A stretch of 32,000 nucleotides of DNA, taken from contig NZ_CP064923.1 of assembly GCF_018336915.1 (NCBI RefSeq), positions 1-32,000 of the forward strand, written 5' to 3'. Both the position numbers and the translations under genes were made by a program. Positions 17,268 to 26,618 of the stretch are shown in pieces. Source of the DNA: Acaryochloris marina S15 (GTDB lineage: Bacteria; Cyanobacteriota; Cyanobacteriia; Thermosynechococcales; Thermosynechococcaceae). Position 1 is the stretch's first letter. Each line of letters begins with the position of its first letter. The notes beneath the pieces were generated by a model. It worked only from the letters and a program-made list of their open reading frames with translations. It was not told the origin of the DNA and searched no databases.

Positions 17268-18875
17268 ATGCGGTTTTTGAAGCGGAAACTCTATTGGGTG
17301 CTGGGTCTGTGTGCCTGTACCTTGGCTCTTCTATGGGGTCACTTTTCTCCGGTTAGTGCTGCCTATTCTTCCTCACCTGCTTCGCCGACTTCGCTGACTT
17401 TGCAACCCCTGATTGCGTGGGGGACTCAAGTCTTTGGGGGGGATGGGCGTCATGGCCGCAATGGAGCGAACGGTCAGTCAGGGACTTCTGGGCAAGAAAC
17501 CCAAATTCGCCTAACAGGTTCACCGATGACGGTGGATGTGGCTGGAAGTTCGGGCATATCAGGACAGGATGGCCTATTAGGGGAGAATGCCTATGGTTGT
17601 GACCATTCTTCCCAGCCGACCCATGATCTCAAGGGGGCGGATGGTGGCCGGGGTGGCCGGGGTGGTGATGGCGGTCGGGGTGGCGATGGCGGCAAAGCCT
17701 GGATTTACTACACGCAACCTGCTCAACTCAACGCCTTAACCCTCAATAATTCGGGTGGTCAAGGGGGGCAAGCAGGACTAGGGGCACCTGGAGGGTATGG
17801 GTGTCGCTGTATCGATACATCTTGGCAGGTGAACTATTGCGAGTGGCAGCGCTATCGCAAACAGCGTAATGTAGCCGATGCTGCCTGGATTAAAGATAAA
17901 ACCAAGACCTATCCCTGTACGGGGAGTCAGAGGACCGATCACAAACATCATCACCCGACTTTAGACAAGGGCAATTCTCAATGGGCCTATCGCTGGGAAT
18001 ATGGCGGTGTTTATAAGACTGAACATTTCCACTGTACGGGAGGGACAGCGGGTAAGGACGGTCAGGATGGTCAGTTGGGTAAAGAGGGACGCTATGGCCA
18101 AGTGGTGATGGTTCAGCGCCAGGATATCCCCCAGGAAAAGGTGCAGTACTATGCCCCATTGGAACAATTGATGGGGCAGCAGGTGGATTTAGTGAAAAAT
18201 ATTTGGACTGAGAAAAGTGGATTGAGATCGCAACTCCATCCCAATTCCAAAGTCCCCGATACCTATACCTATCTGGATTCCACAGCTCGACTTAACTACC
18301 GCATCGATTGGAACGCACCTAAGTCACCTACTGAACTAGAGGTGAACGATACTAAAATAGGTGCAAACATTCAGGTGCAAAAGAACCAAGGTCAACTCGA
18401 TTTCGATCTGCCGGGAACCCTGGAATATCAGCTCAAGCAACAGGATCAACTGACGGTAATGACCATTACGGGCGGGTTCTCACCCAATCGAGTCCAGTCT
18501 TTCCGTATCGATGAGAGTGCCAGTCAACAGCAGGTTGGACAATTGGTATTGGTGGATGATGGGGATGTGCGATCGCTTCTCCAAAACACGAAGCTGAAAG
18601 TAACCTGTCTGAGTAAACAATCTGCCAGTGGCCTTAAAGCGGATGACTATCAAGTCCGTCATAGCATTGAGTTGCGAGTACCTCCAATAGGTCGGTCTAG
18701 TGATGGCGTGAGAGTAGATAACAATGTCTACACTTTGAATGTGCAACCTTTTTTCAGTGCTTGGTTAAAACCGAGTTATGAAGTTCAATATCAAGTAGAC
18801 ATTGAACAAACTACTAAAAGTAATGCGGTCTATACCCAAACGCAAACAGCTAATTTACTCGTTCCAGCCTCTTGA
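17268..18875 (+). CDS. Secreted protein with several short collagen-like Gly-X-Y runs and Cys-containing spacers; function unknown
   Basis: Signal peptide MRFLKRKLYWVLGLCACTLALLWGHFSPVSA. GXY runs GRHGRNGANGQSGTSGQ, GADGGRGGRGGDGGRGGDGGK and GTAGKDGQDGQLGKEGRYGQ. I chose ATG 17268 over the upstream TTG at 17211. Confidence 0.8.
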   Translation: MRFLKRKLYWVLGLCACTLALLWGHFSPVSAAYSSSPASPTSLTLQPLIAWGTQVFGGDGRHGRNGANGQSGTSGQETQIRLTGSPMTVDVAGSSGISGQDGLLGENAYGCDHSSQPTHDLKGADGGRGGRGGDGGRGGDGGKAWIYYTQPAQLNALTLNNSGGQGGQAGLGAPGGYGCRCIDTSWQVNYCEWQRYRKQRNVADAAWIKDKTKTYPCTGSQRTDHKHHHPTLDKGNSQWAYRWEYGGVYKTEHFHCTGGTAGKDGQDGQLGKEGRYGQVVMVQRQDIPQEKVQYYAPLEQLMGQQVDLVKNIWTEKSGLRSQLHPNSKVPDTYTYLDSTARLNYRIDWNAPKSPTELEVNDTKIGANIQVQKNQGQLDFDLPGTLEYQLKQQDQLTVMTITGGFSPNRVQSFRIDESASQQQVGQLVLVDDGDVRSLLQNTKLKVTCLSKQSASGLKADDYQVRHSIELRVPPIGRSSDGVRVDNNVYTLNVQPFFSAWLKPSYEVQYQVDIEQTTKSNAVYTQTQTANLLVPAS

Positions 18876-18914
18876 AATAGTCGCTACAACTAGATTGGTA
18901 GTGGTTTTTGCATA

Positions 18915-19793
18915 ATGGATAGTGCAGAACAGCTCACCCCTAAACTGACAGGGGATGGGTCCTTTACCTTTTATTCAACTGAGTTTGGAGAAACCTTCCA
19001 TAGCCATCACGGGGCACATCAGGAAGCCATGGGGAAATTTGTTTATCCCACCTTGCTGCCGGAAAAAGCGAAGCAGGGACAGGTCAAGCTTTTAGATGTT
19101 TGCTATGGGTTGGGGTATAACACTGCGGCGGCTTTGGAGACGATTTGGCAGATTAACCCGGACTGCCAAGTGCAAGTCTATGCCTTGGAACTCAATCCGG
19201 TTGTGCCGAGAGCTGCGATCGCAAATGCTGTATTGCAAATCGGGTCGCCTCAAGTTCAGACCTATTTAAACACCTTGGCTCACGATCTAGAGCTTCAATC
19301 CCCTGATTGTCAGGCACAATTGCTGATTGGTGATGCTCGGCAAACCCTGCAGGCGGTACAGAAACAGCAGTTTCTTGCGGATGCGATTTTCCTTGATCCG
19401 TTTTCTCCACCGAACTGTCCACAGCTGTGGACCGTAGAGTTTTTTCAGGTGTTAAGTCAATGTCTTCACCCTCAAGGGCACTTAGCCACCTACTCTTGCG
19501 CGGCGGCGGTGCGGACGGGATTGATTGAAGCAGGATTTGCGATCGCAGCGAGTCCCCCTGTCGGTCGGCGAACGACGGGAACAATTGCCGGACTCACCCT
19601 GACAGATGTTCTTACCTTGACCCCTCAAGAGCAAGAACATCTGCAAACGGTGGCTGCGATACCCTATCGTGATCCTCAGTTGATCGATCCTGCCACCACC
19701 ATTCAGGCTCGACGCCAGCAAGAGCAAAAAACATCACCTTTAGAGCCCACCAAAGCTTGGAAAAAACGGTGGCTACAGGTTAAAGCGCATTAA
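18915..19793 (+). CDS. MnmC-type SAM-dependent methyltransferase domain protein (PF05430/DUF752-like, stand-alone)
   Basis: TGDGSFTFYSTEFGETFHSHHGA, LDVCYGLGYN and ADAIFLDPFSPPNCPQLWTVEFF match the tRNA mnm5U34 methyltransferase domain. Confidence 0.8.
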   Translation: MDSAEQLTPKLTGDGSFTFYSTEFGETFHSHHGAHQEAMGKFVYPTLLPEKAKQGQVKLLDVCYGLGYNTAAALETIWQINPDCQVQVYALELNPVVPRAAIANAVLQIGSPQVQTYLNTLAHDLELQSPDCQAQLLIGDARQTLQAVQKQQFLADAIFLDPFSPPNCPQLWTVEFFQVLSQCLHPQGHLATYSCAAAVRTGLIEAGFAIAASPPVGRRTTGTIAGLTLTDVLTLTPQEQEHLQTVAAIPYRDPQLIDPATTIQARRQQEQKTSPLEPTKAWKKRWLQVKAH

Positions 19794-19979
19794 AGCAAAA
19801 AATAGACTGCCATACCTCACCGAAGACCTATCCGATGGGAAAGAGCAGGTCAGCGATTCAAGCTGGCTGGGTTGAGGAGGTTGTTATTGAGTGAAATAGA
19901 GGGCAAACTTGTATAAAGTTGGAATTAAATTGGGAAATAAGCTTATATATCGATGTATTTCTTCTGAAAAAGAGAATTT

Positions 19980-20987
19980 ATGAGTAAAACTCAGATCGAG
20001 ATTAGTTTAAGCCATGGTGATTTACTGCAGCTTTTATTGGGTGGTACTGACGTTTGGAATCAGTGGCGCCATGAAAATTCCCATGAGGCGATCAACCTAC
20101 CTCTGGCTGATCTCAGCAATGCCAGCCTTAGCAAGGCCAATCTCAGCAATATCAACCTCATCTTTGCCATCCTGGAAGATGCTGATCTCAGTGGGGCTGA
20201 TCTAAGGGGTACGGATCTCAGTGAGGCCAACCTCAATAATGCCAACCTCCCCCGTGCCAACTTCAGAGGTGCCATTCTTTCGGATGAAACGCAGATCGAT
20301 CCGAAATGGAGACTGGTTCACGAATTGGTGACGGAAGGTGGAGAACGGAAAGATCTGCGCAATGCTAACCTCCGCGCTGCCAACCTGAGTGAGTCCCCTC
20401 TCAACGGTGCTGACCTGAGCGGTGCCAATCTGAGTTGGGCTGACCTGCGCCATGCTAACCTCAGTGATGCCATTCTTAGGGATGCAAATCTTATCCTGGC
20501 AATCCTGGAAAGTACCAACCTCAATGGTGCCGACCTGAGTAATGCCAATCTTCGCAGTGCCAACCTCAGCAATGCCAATCTCAGCAGCGCTGACCTCTTC
20601 GGTGCTGATCTGTTTGTGGCTAATCTGAGCAGTGCCACCCTAATTAGTGCAGATCTCAATGGTGCCAACCTCAGCAACACTAACTTGGATAGCGCCAATC
20701 TCTGCAGTGCTAACCTCAGCAATGCCAACCTGATCGGTGCCGATCTCAGTCATGTGAATCTTAGCAACGCCAACCTTCGTGGCTCTAACTTCAACAATGC
20801 CAACCTCAACAATGCCAACCTAGATGGTGCCGATCTGAGCAATGCCAATTTCCGAGGGACTAACCTCAGTGATGCGAATCTCAGCAATGCCAATCTGATC
20901 GATGCGGATCTTTTAGATGCCAACCTGTACAATGCCAATCTGGATGGTATCGACCTGTTTGGGGCTCCTCTCACAGCACCGGTCTGA
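19980..20987 (+). CDS. Pentapeptide-repeat protein
   Basis: 335 aa, almost entirely A(D/N)LSxANL(x) pentads, with one non-repeat linker (DETQIDPKWRLVHELVTEGGERKD). Confidence 0.95.
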   Translation: MSKTQIEISLSHGDLLQLLLGGTDVWNQWRHENSHEAINLPLADLSNASLSKANLSNINLIFAILEDADLSGADLRGTDLSEANLNNANLPRANFRGAILSDETQIDPKWRLVHELVTEGGERKDLRNANLRAANLSESPLNGADLSGANLSWADLRHANLSDAILRDANLILAILESTNLNGADLSNANLRSANLSNANLSSADLFGADLFVANLSSATLISADLNGANLSNTNLDSANLCSANLSNANLIGADLSHVNLSNANLRGSNFNNANLNNANLDGADLSNANFRGTNLSDANLSNANLIDADLLDANLYNANLDGIDLFGAPLTAPV

Positions 20988-21021
20988 GCAAACCTATGGC
21001 TTGAATAACAGGTCCAGTGTC

Positions 21022-21789
21022 TTATTGAGCTTCTAGAAACTTGTGGTAATCCTTTGCAATCGACTCCACCGCTGCTTCATAGAGACGCTGACCATGCTCT
21101 GGTGTGGCTAAAGACGGATCAGAACCCATGCGTCCATCGGGATAATGTTGGCGGAAGTTCGCAGCGCTATAAATGGGATGTCCAGAGGCAACTTCAGGAC
21201 TAAGGGGAGCATCTTTAATCGCTTCAGGATAGACAAACTGGGTAACCGCTACTTCGCTGGGAGTAGCGTGGGAACCTTCGCGACTGCCATAGAGTTCTTT
21301 CGCCAACTGATAGACCTGGGAATTCATATACCAATTATTGAGGCGACAGCGGGTTTGATCCGCTTCCGGTAGGTTTAAATCTGCAATCGTCGCGTAAGTT
21401 TCTGAAAAGGCAGCCTTTAATGTGGCGACATTACCGCCATGACCATTGATAAAGAAAAACTGGCGAAATCCTGCTCGCGACAAACTAACTAAATAGTCCC
21501 GAATCACCAGAAGTAGAGTAGAGGGACGCAGGCTCATGCTGCCAGGAAATTCTGTGTGGTGCAGGGCCATGCCAACATTGATGGTCGGACCCACTAGTGC
21601 TTGGGTTGCTTCTCCCACCCCTTTGGCAATCACCTCAGCACAAATAGCATCCGTACCAATCAACCCCGTGGGACCATGTTGTTCTGTCGATCCAATCGGC
21701 ATAATAATGCCTTTGGAACTTTGCAGATAGGTTTCAACTTCTAACCAGGTACAGAGATGAAGCTGCATAGGATTTCCTTCGGGGGACAT
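21022..21789 (-). CDS. Creatininase-family amidohydrolase
   Basis: MPIGSTEQHGPTGLIGTD and FINGHGGN are hallmark creatininase-family metal-binding motifs. An alternative start is MQLHL at 21768. Confidence 0.85.
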   Translation of the reverse strand: MSPEGNPMQLHLCTWLEVETYLQSSKGIIMPIGSTEQHGPTGLIGTDAICAEVIAKGVGEATQALVGPTINVGMALHHTEFPGSMSLRPSTLLLVIRDYLVSLSRAGFRQFFFINGHGGNVATLKAAFSETYATIADLNLPEADQTRCRLNNWYMNSQVYQLAKELYGSREGSHATPSEVAVTQFVYPEAIKDAPLSPEVASGHPIYSAANFRQHYPDGRMGSDPSLATPEHGQRLYEAAVESIAKDYHKFLEAQ

Positions 21790-21813
21790 GTCATTCTATT
21801 GTGCCAGGTCTGC

Positions 21814-23013
21814 TTAAACCTGGAGGCGAACCTCGGTCACGCCCTGTCGCAGCTGTTGTTGTCGTCGTAGCCAGGAAGCCCGAATAATCGGACTACTAAA
21901 GGGTAACGTCGATTTAACGAGGGTTCGCAAGAAGGGGCTATGGCGGAGGCGATCGCCTTGGGCGAGTTCTTCATTTTGCAAGGTCTGAGCCCGGATAATT
22001 TCCGGTTCTCGCTCCGTTTGGATTTGGGGTAAGACTTGATCCAGAATTTCAATATTCACAGCATCTTGGAGCAGGGGTACAAGATGATTAGCCGCTACAA
22101 TCACATCCCGGAGGGCCATATTAACCCCCTGGGCCCGAATCGGTGACATGGGATGGGCTGCATCTCCTAAAATCAGCAATCCTGGAACCGACCACTGGGG
22201 ACAGCGACCCACAACCACAGACAGCAAAAGCGGGCGTTCTAGATCTTGGGCATGTTTTTGCAGGTGCTGGGCCAGCCAGGTGGGTGAGGCGGCGGCAATT
22301 TTTTTTGGCCAGTCCGTGTTCTTCCAGTCCGTTGGATTATCGTCATACAAGGCCCAGGCCAACTGTAAGCTGCCTTCCGCACTGCGAAATAAGCCCATCG
22401 TCTGGCGGCCATGAACGATGGCATAAAAGATATTCTCGGGAGGAAGGCAGGAGCTATCTGCCAGTTTGAACCACAGTAAATCAATGGAATGGGACAGAGG
22501 CTCCATCTCTAAGTTGGCCTGCTGGCGGACGAGGGAATTGCGTCCATCTGCTCCGATCACCAAATCCGCTTCTAAGGTGCGACCATCCCCTAGCTGGACT
22601 CCACTAATGCGATGCTCCTCGTGCAGCAATGCTTTGACAGCAGTTCCTGGAATCCATTCAAATGAAGGATGCTGCTGAGCTTTTTCGACTAACGCTTCTA
22701 GTAAAGCGGGTTGTGATACTAAGGTACAGGCCAGGGTATTGGCCTGGAATGGTTCGGGGGCTTGGAACATCCTGCGCCCTTCTAGGATATATTCCCAAGC
22801 TGTTAGGGCTTGGTGGGGCACTGTTTCAATCAGCCCCAATAATCCCATTTGGTCTAAAGCTGTTAAGCCGCTAGGCATCAGCCCTTCACCCCGAAACGTT
22901 CGCCGAAAGCTACGGGCTGCTTCAACCAATGTGACATCAATTCCACGCTGAACTAGTAACAGTGCCAAAGCTGCACCCGTGGGTCCTGCGCCGACAATGA
23001 CAACCTTTGCCAT
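21814..23013 (-). CDS. FAD-dependent monooxygenase (UbiH/PheA-type, FAD_binding_3)
   Basis: N-terminal VVIVGAGPTGAALAL (GxGxxG). ADLVIGADGRNS (DG motif). LLILGDAAHPMSPIRAQGVNMALRD (GD motif). Confidence 0.9.
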   Translation of the reverse strand: MAKVVIVGAGPTGAALALLLVQRGIDVTLVEAARSFRRTFRGEGLMPSGLTALDQMGLLGLIETVPHQALTAWEYILEGRRMFQAPEPFQANTLACTLVSQPALLEALVEKAQQHPSFEWIPGTAVKALLHEEHRISGVQLGDGRTLEADLVIGADGRNSLVRQQANLEMEPLSHSIDLLWFKLADSSCLPPENIFYAIVHGRQTMGLFRSAEGSLQLAWALYDDNPTDWKNTDWPKKIAAASPTWLAQHLQKHAQDLERPLLLSVVVGRCPQWSVPGLLILGDAAHPMSPIRAQGVNMALRDVIVAANHLVPLLQDAVNIEILDQVLPQIQTEREPEIIRAQTLQNEELAQGDRLRHSPFLRTLVKSTLPFSSPIIRASWLRRQQQLRQGVTEVRLQV

Positions 23014-23412
23014 GATCCGAAGTTCGATAGGGTCTCTTTCAACCTACCGGAATTGGCAGAAAGACAGGAAAGTATTGCGGGATTGATAGAGGTAGCGGCA
23101 TTTTAGTCGCATCTTTTGGAGGGATGCTTGAAGCCGAAAGCGAAGAATTTAGGCTAGATTCATGGTCTTCTCAGACACATAAATTAAATTTGAGAGATAG
23201 TATTATCGAACTAAATTAAGAAATTCTTGATTGTGCGCTCTCTTTTGTGGATTTTGCTCTATAAAACTACTAGATTACTCAACTAAGCTCTTCTAATCTG
23301 GGAGCTGTGATCTGTGTCATATCGAAAACTGCAATTTATCACAGCTCCTCTCTGAATTAATGGTGACGATAGAAAAATAATCCCTCGTTTGCATTGATAA
23401 GGACGCCAGTTC

Positions 23413-23634
23413 ATGGACACGCTTAAAATTAATCCAAAAATCCTGGCTGCTGTCTTTGCAAGTGTAGTTGTGATTGCTGATTTGGTTCCTGCCCCCAATC
23501 TTGGACCGGGGATGATCGTGTCGTCCTATAACTGGGCTGCTTCCCAGGTTCAGCCCCCCACAGACACTCAGCAAGTGAATCAAAAGATACGGGCAAAGCG
23601 ATCGCAATCCCGTAACCCTTCCTACAATCAGTAA
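23413..23634 (+). CDS. Possible small protein with a hydrophobic N-terminus (73 aa)
   Basis: ATG ORF with a weak AAGGA about 10 nt upstream, a TM-like KILAAVFASVVVIADLV segment, and one HIP1 site. No homology is claimed. Confidence 0.25.
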   Translation: MDTLKINPKILAAVFASVVVIADLVPAPNLGPGMIVSSYNWAASQVQPPTDTQQVNQKIRAKRSQSRNPSYNQ

Positions 23635-23819
23635 TGGGTCTATAGGGTCTAAAAATTTTGGGTAGTCAAGCCCAAAAACTTTGCTATGCTTGACCACCGT
23701 AAAGGGATTGATCTATTTCATCACGACAAGCTTGACCACTGAGTCTTGGATGAAATGCAGAAAAAGATTGCGTCCCACTGAATTACCGCAAAATCTTTGC
23801 CTCCGAAGCATTGCCATAT

Positions 23820-24578
23820 CTAGCGCTTATGCTCGGGATTCTTAAAGTCCGTTTTACACCCAGCTTCCCAAGCATCCGGTAAATTCCCGTGGGCTGGAAT
23901 CCCGCCACTGTCCTTCAATAGCCGAGCCATATGCATACAGTTCCAAGCTAAGAAGGTGGTATTGCGGTTCGTAAAATCATTCTCGGGTCCACCCGAGCCT
24001 GGATCTAGATAAGAGGGGCCAGGACCCACTTCCCCTAACCACCCGGCATCCACTTGGGGTGGAATCGTATAGCCAATATGAGAGAGGGAGAACAAAATAT
24101 TCATGGCACAATGTTTGACGCCATCTTCATTGCCCGTAATTAAGGTCGCGCCTACTTTTCCGTAATCTCGATATTGACCTTTGTCGTTGAGTAAATGGGT
24201 ATAACCATACATGCGCTCTAGGACTCGGTTACAAACGGAGCTTTTCTCCCCCAGCCACACAGAGGTACATAGAACCAAAATGTCGGTGGCATCCACCTCT
24301 TTTTGAATCTGGGGCCAATCATCCTTATCCCATTCATCCGTTTGGGACATATCCAAGCCCAAGCCAGCCGGGATGTCGTAATCCACGGGGCGAATGACCT
24401 TGGTTTGGATGCCATTGGCTTCAAAAATGTTTTTGGCGATCTGAATGACCCCTTCCGTATGAGACAAAATAGGGGTTCGGTTGAGGGTACAGTTCAGGAA
24501 TAGGGCCTTGAGGTCGTCATATTTAGCAGGGGCATTCTCGCATTGGTGCTGAGTGAGTTTAGTCAGTTGTTCAGACAT
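23820..24578 (-). CDS. Flavodoxin-like fold NAD(P)H-dependent FMN reductase family protein
   Basis: 252 aa. LFLNCTLNRTP...SHT and ILVLCTSVWLGEKSSVCNRVLERM fit the FMN_red/flavodoxin_2 pattern. It lies 63 bp downstream of the Rieske-ThDP gene. Confidence 0.75.
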   Translation of the reverse strand: MSEQLTKLTQHQCENAPAKYDDLKALFLNCTLNRTPILSHTEGVIQIAKNIFEANGIQTKVIRPVDYDIPAGLGLDMSQTDEWDKDDWPQIQKEVDATDILVLCTSVWLGEKSSVCNRVLERMYGYTHLLNDKGQYRDYGKVGATLITGNEDGVKHCAMNILFSLSHIGYTIPPQVDAGWLGEVGPGPSYLDPGSGGPENDFTNRNTTFLAWNCMHMARLLKDSGGIPAHGNLPDAWEAGCKTDFKNPEHKR

Positions 24579-24641
24579 AATTTCTCTGGATTGATGGATA
24601 AATGTTTGATTAGGTCAGGAGGAGTGACAAAGGTGAAGCGT

Positions 24642-26594
24642 TTAAATCAACTCTGGATCAGACATGATTTCTACTAGAGCAGGACCATCGTAAGCCAAGG
24701 CTTGAGCGATGGCATCATCCAGTTCATCCTGTTGGGTGACGCGGATGCCGAACCCACCGCAATTCTGAGCGTATTTAGAAAAATCAGGATTGTGTAATGA
24801 AGTTTGCCAAACATCCCATTCCCCCGCTCTTTGCTCCTTAGAGATTTTGCCCAACTGATCGTTGTGGAGCAGGATATGGGTGATATTCATCTTGTATTTC
24901 ACGGCGGTTGTAAATTCCGCCAAATATTGTCCAAAGCCTCCATCACCTGAGACAGAAATAATCGGGCGCTCGTGGCCTGCAGCAGCCCAGGCTCCCAGGG
25001 CAGCAGGAAAGGCAAACCCGATGGACCCAAGGTATCCCGACATTAAAACAGACTGGGCCTGACATTCAAAATAGCGACCAAAGGAATAGGTGTTGTTGCC
25101 CACATCCACTGCTATGACTGCATTGGCGGATACTTGTCGGGTCATGGCGGCAAAAATAGTAGCAGAGTTGAGTCCTTGCCCGCGGTCATCTAATTCTCGA
25201 CGGGCTTTTTCAGCCCGCCAGATCCCCCAACGTTCTGAGATCTCAGATCTGACATTTTCTGTATTCACCTGCCCTACTAGTGCGCTCTTGAGCTGCTCCA
25301 CCACAATACTAATTTCACCCCAAACGGGCACCTCTATGGGATGAAATTTACCTAACGCCAGCGGATCAAAATCGACTTGAATAATCGGTTTACCCGGATA
25401 GATACCGGTGTGGTTGGAAAAAGAAGCCCCCAACACCAGCAGCACATCCGCCTCATTCATAAACCAGCTGGCAATCGGTGTACCGCTGCGTCCCAATACG
25501 CCGCAGCCCAGGGGATGATCATCAGGAATCTGCCCTTTCCCTTTAAATGTCGTCAGGATGGGGGCATCCAGCAGTTCAGCCAATTCTGTAATCGCAGACA
25601 TATGAAACCGGGCCCCATGACCGACAATAATGACGGGGCGGCGAGACGGTTTGAGTTTTTCAATCGCCTGCTGTAAGGACTCAGGAGGGGGAGCAATTTG
25701 CAGTGGGGTGATGCGTCCGGTGGGCGTTGCGGCAGGCAAATCTATGGCAGGTTGAACTTGAATTTCATCAGGAAAAATTAGGTGAGAGACATTGCGTTCT
25801 AAAAGAGCATGTTTGACGGCCAAGGTCATCAACTCAGCATGTTTACTGTGACTGAGGACCGTTTGACTCCATGCAGCTACCCCACTAAAGGCGGCTGACA
25901 AATCACATTCTTGAAAGTTGCCGGTGCCCAAAACTTGAGAATTGACCTGTCCCGTTAAGGCCAAAATAGGAGCGCGATCGACTTTGGCGTCCCACATCCC
26001 GGTCAGGAGATTCGTGGCACCGGGGCCAGCAATAGTTAAACAGGCAGCCGGTTTGCCCGTGAGCTTGGCATAGGCGGAGGCGGCAAAGGCAGCGGCTCCC
26101 TCATGGCGAATGCCAATATAGGTGAGCCTGCCCTGTTCTTCCTGGCGGCGCAGGGCATCTGCAAGCCCTAAATTAGAATGGCCCACCATGCCAAATACAT
26201 GGGTGACGCCCCAATTCACCATGGTTTCAGCCATCACATCGCTGACTGTGCGGGTGTGAGGTGCCTCAACAGGTAAGCCAACATAAACTCCATCGGTTCG
26301 CACTTCTACCGTAAAAGTGTCGAGGGAATCATCCACTTCTAACTTCCCTGGAGGCTTGCCCGTTAGGGGGCAATAATCCCACCCATGCCAGGGACAGCGG
26401 AGTAGGCCATTCTCAATAGAACCTTCGCCTAGGGGACCGCCTTGATGGGGACAGCGATTATCAAGGGCACCATATTGGCCTTGGTGATGGGTTAAGGCCA
26501 GACTTTTATGACCTGCAACTACGGTTTTGACGCGACCTTCGGGTAGTTCGTCTAGGTCTAAGACCCGAAACCACTCAGTGATTATCTCAGGCAT
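24642..26594 (-). CDS. Fusion protein: N-terminal Rieske [2Fe-2S] domain plus a thiamine-diphosphate enzyme (pyruvate oxidase/acetolactate synthase-like)
   Basis: Rieske ligand boxes CPHQGGPL and CPWHGWDY lie in the first ~100 aa. They are followed by TPP_enzyme N, M and C regions, including the ThDP motif GDGGFGQYLAEFTTAVKYKMNITHILLHND. It is a single uninterrupted 650-aa ORF. Confidence 0.9.
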   Translation of the reverse strand: MPEIITEWFRVLDLDELPEGRVKTVVAGHKSLALTHHQGQYGALDNRCPHQGGPLGEGSIENGLLRCPWHGWDYCPLTGKPPGKLEVDDSLDTFTVEVRTDGVYVGLPVEAPHTRTVSDVMAETMVNWGVTHVFGMVGHSNLGLADALRRQEEQGRLTYIGIRHEGAAAFAASAYAKLTGKPAACLTIAGPGATNLLTGMWDAKVDRAPILALTGQVNSQVLGTGNFQECDLSAAFSGVAAWSQTVLSHSKHAELMTLAVKHALLERNVSHLIFPDEIQVQPAIDLPAATPTGRITPLQIAPPPESLQQAIEKLKPSRRPVIIVGHGARFHMSAITELAELLDAPILTTFKGKGQIPDDHPLGCGVLGRSGTPIASWFMNEADVLLVLGASFSNHTGIYPGKPIIQVDFDPLALGKFHPIEVPVWGEISIVVEQLKSALVGQVNTENVRSEISERWGIWRAEKARRELDDRGQGLNSATIFAAMTRQVSANAVIAVDVGNNTYSFGRYFECQAQSVLMSGYLGSIGFAFPAALGAWAAAGHERPIISVSGDGGFGQYLAEFTTAVKYKMNITHILLHNDQLGKISKEQRAGEWDVWQTSLHNPDFSKYAQNCGGFGIRVTQQDELDDAIAQALAYDGPALVEIMSDPELI

Positions 26595-26618
26595 AGTCTT
26601 TGCTCCTTGATTGAGTAT

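Noticed and set aside
20014-20974. Long ORFs overlapping the pentapeptide-repeat gene: antisense 20060-20275, 20202-20453, 20318-20728 and 20750-20974, and same-strand alternative-frame 20014-20205
   Set aside because: These are a by-product of the 15-nt periodic repeat. Their products are low-complexity LRLA/SAP strings, and the + strand frame gives a canonical A(D/N)LxxANL pentapeptide protein across the whole span.
22143-22951. Several 70-108-aa + strand ORFs opposite the FAD monooxygenase gene
   Set aside because: These are antisense shadow frames of a well-supported gene carrying GxGxxG, DG and GD motifs. The same applies to the short ORFs opposite the Rieske-ThDP, VWA, phosphoesterase and pyk genes.
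23317-23697. A 126-aa minus-strand ORF in the 23.0-23.8 kb intergenic region
   Set aside because: The composition is not protein-like, no RBS is present, and it overlaps the slightly more plausible + strand small ORF. It is probably spurious.
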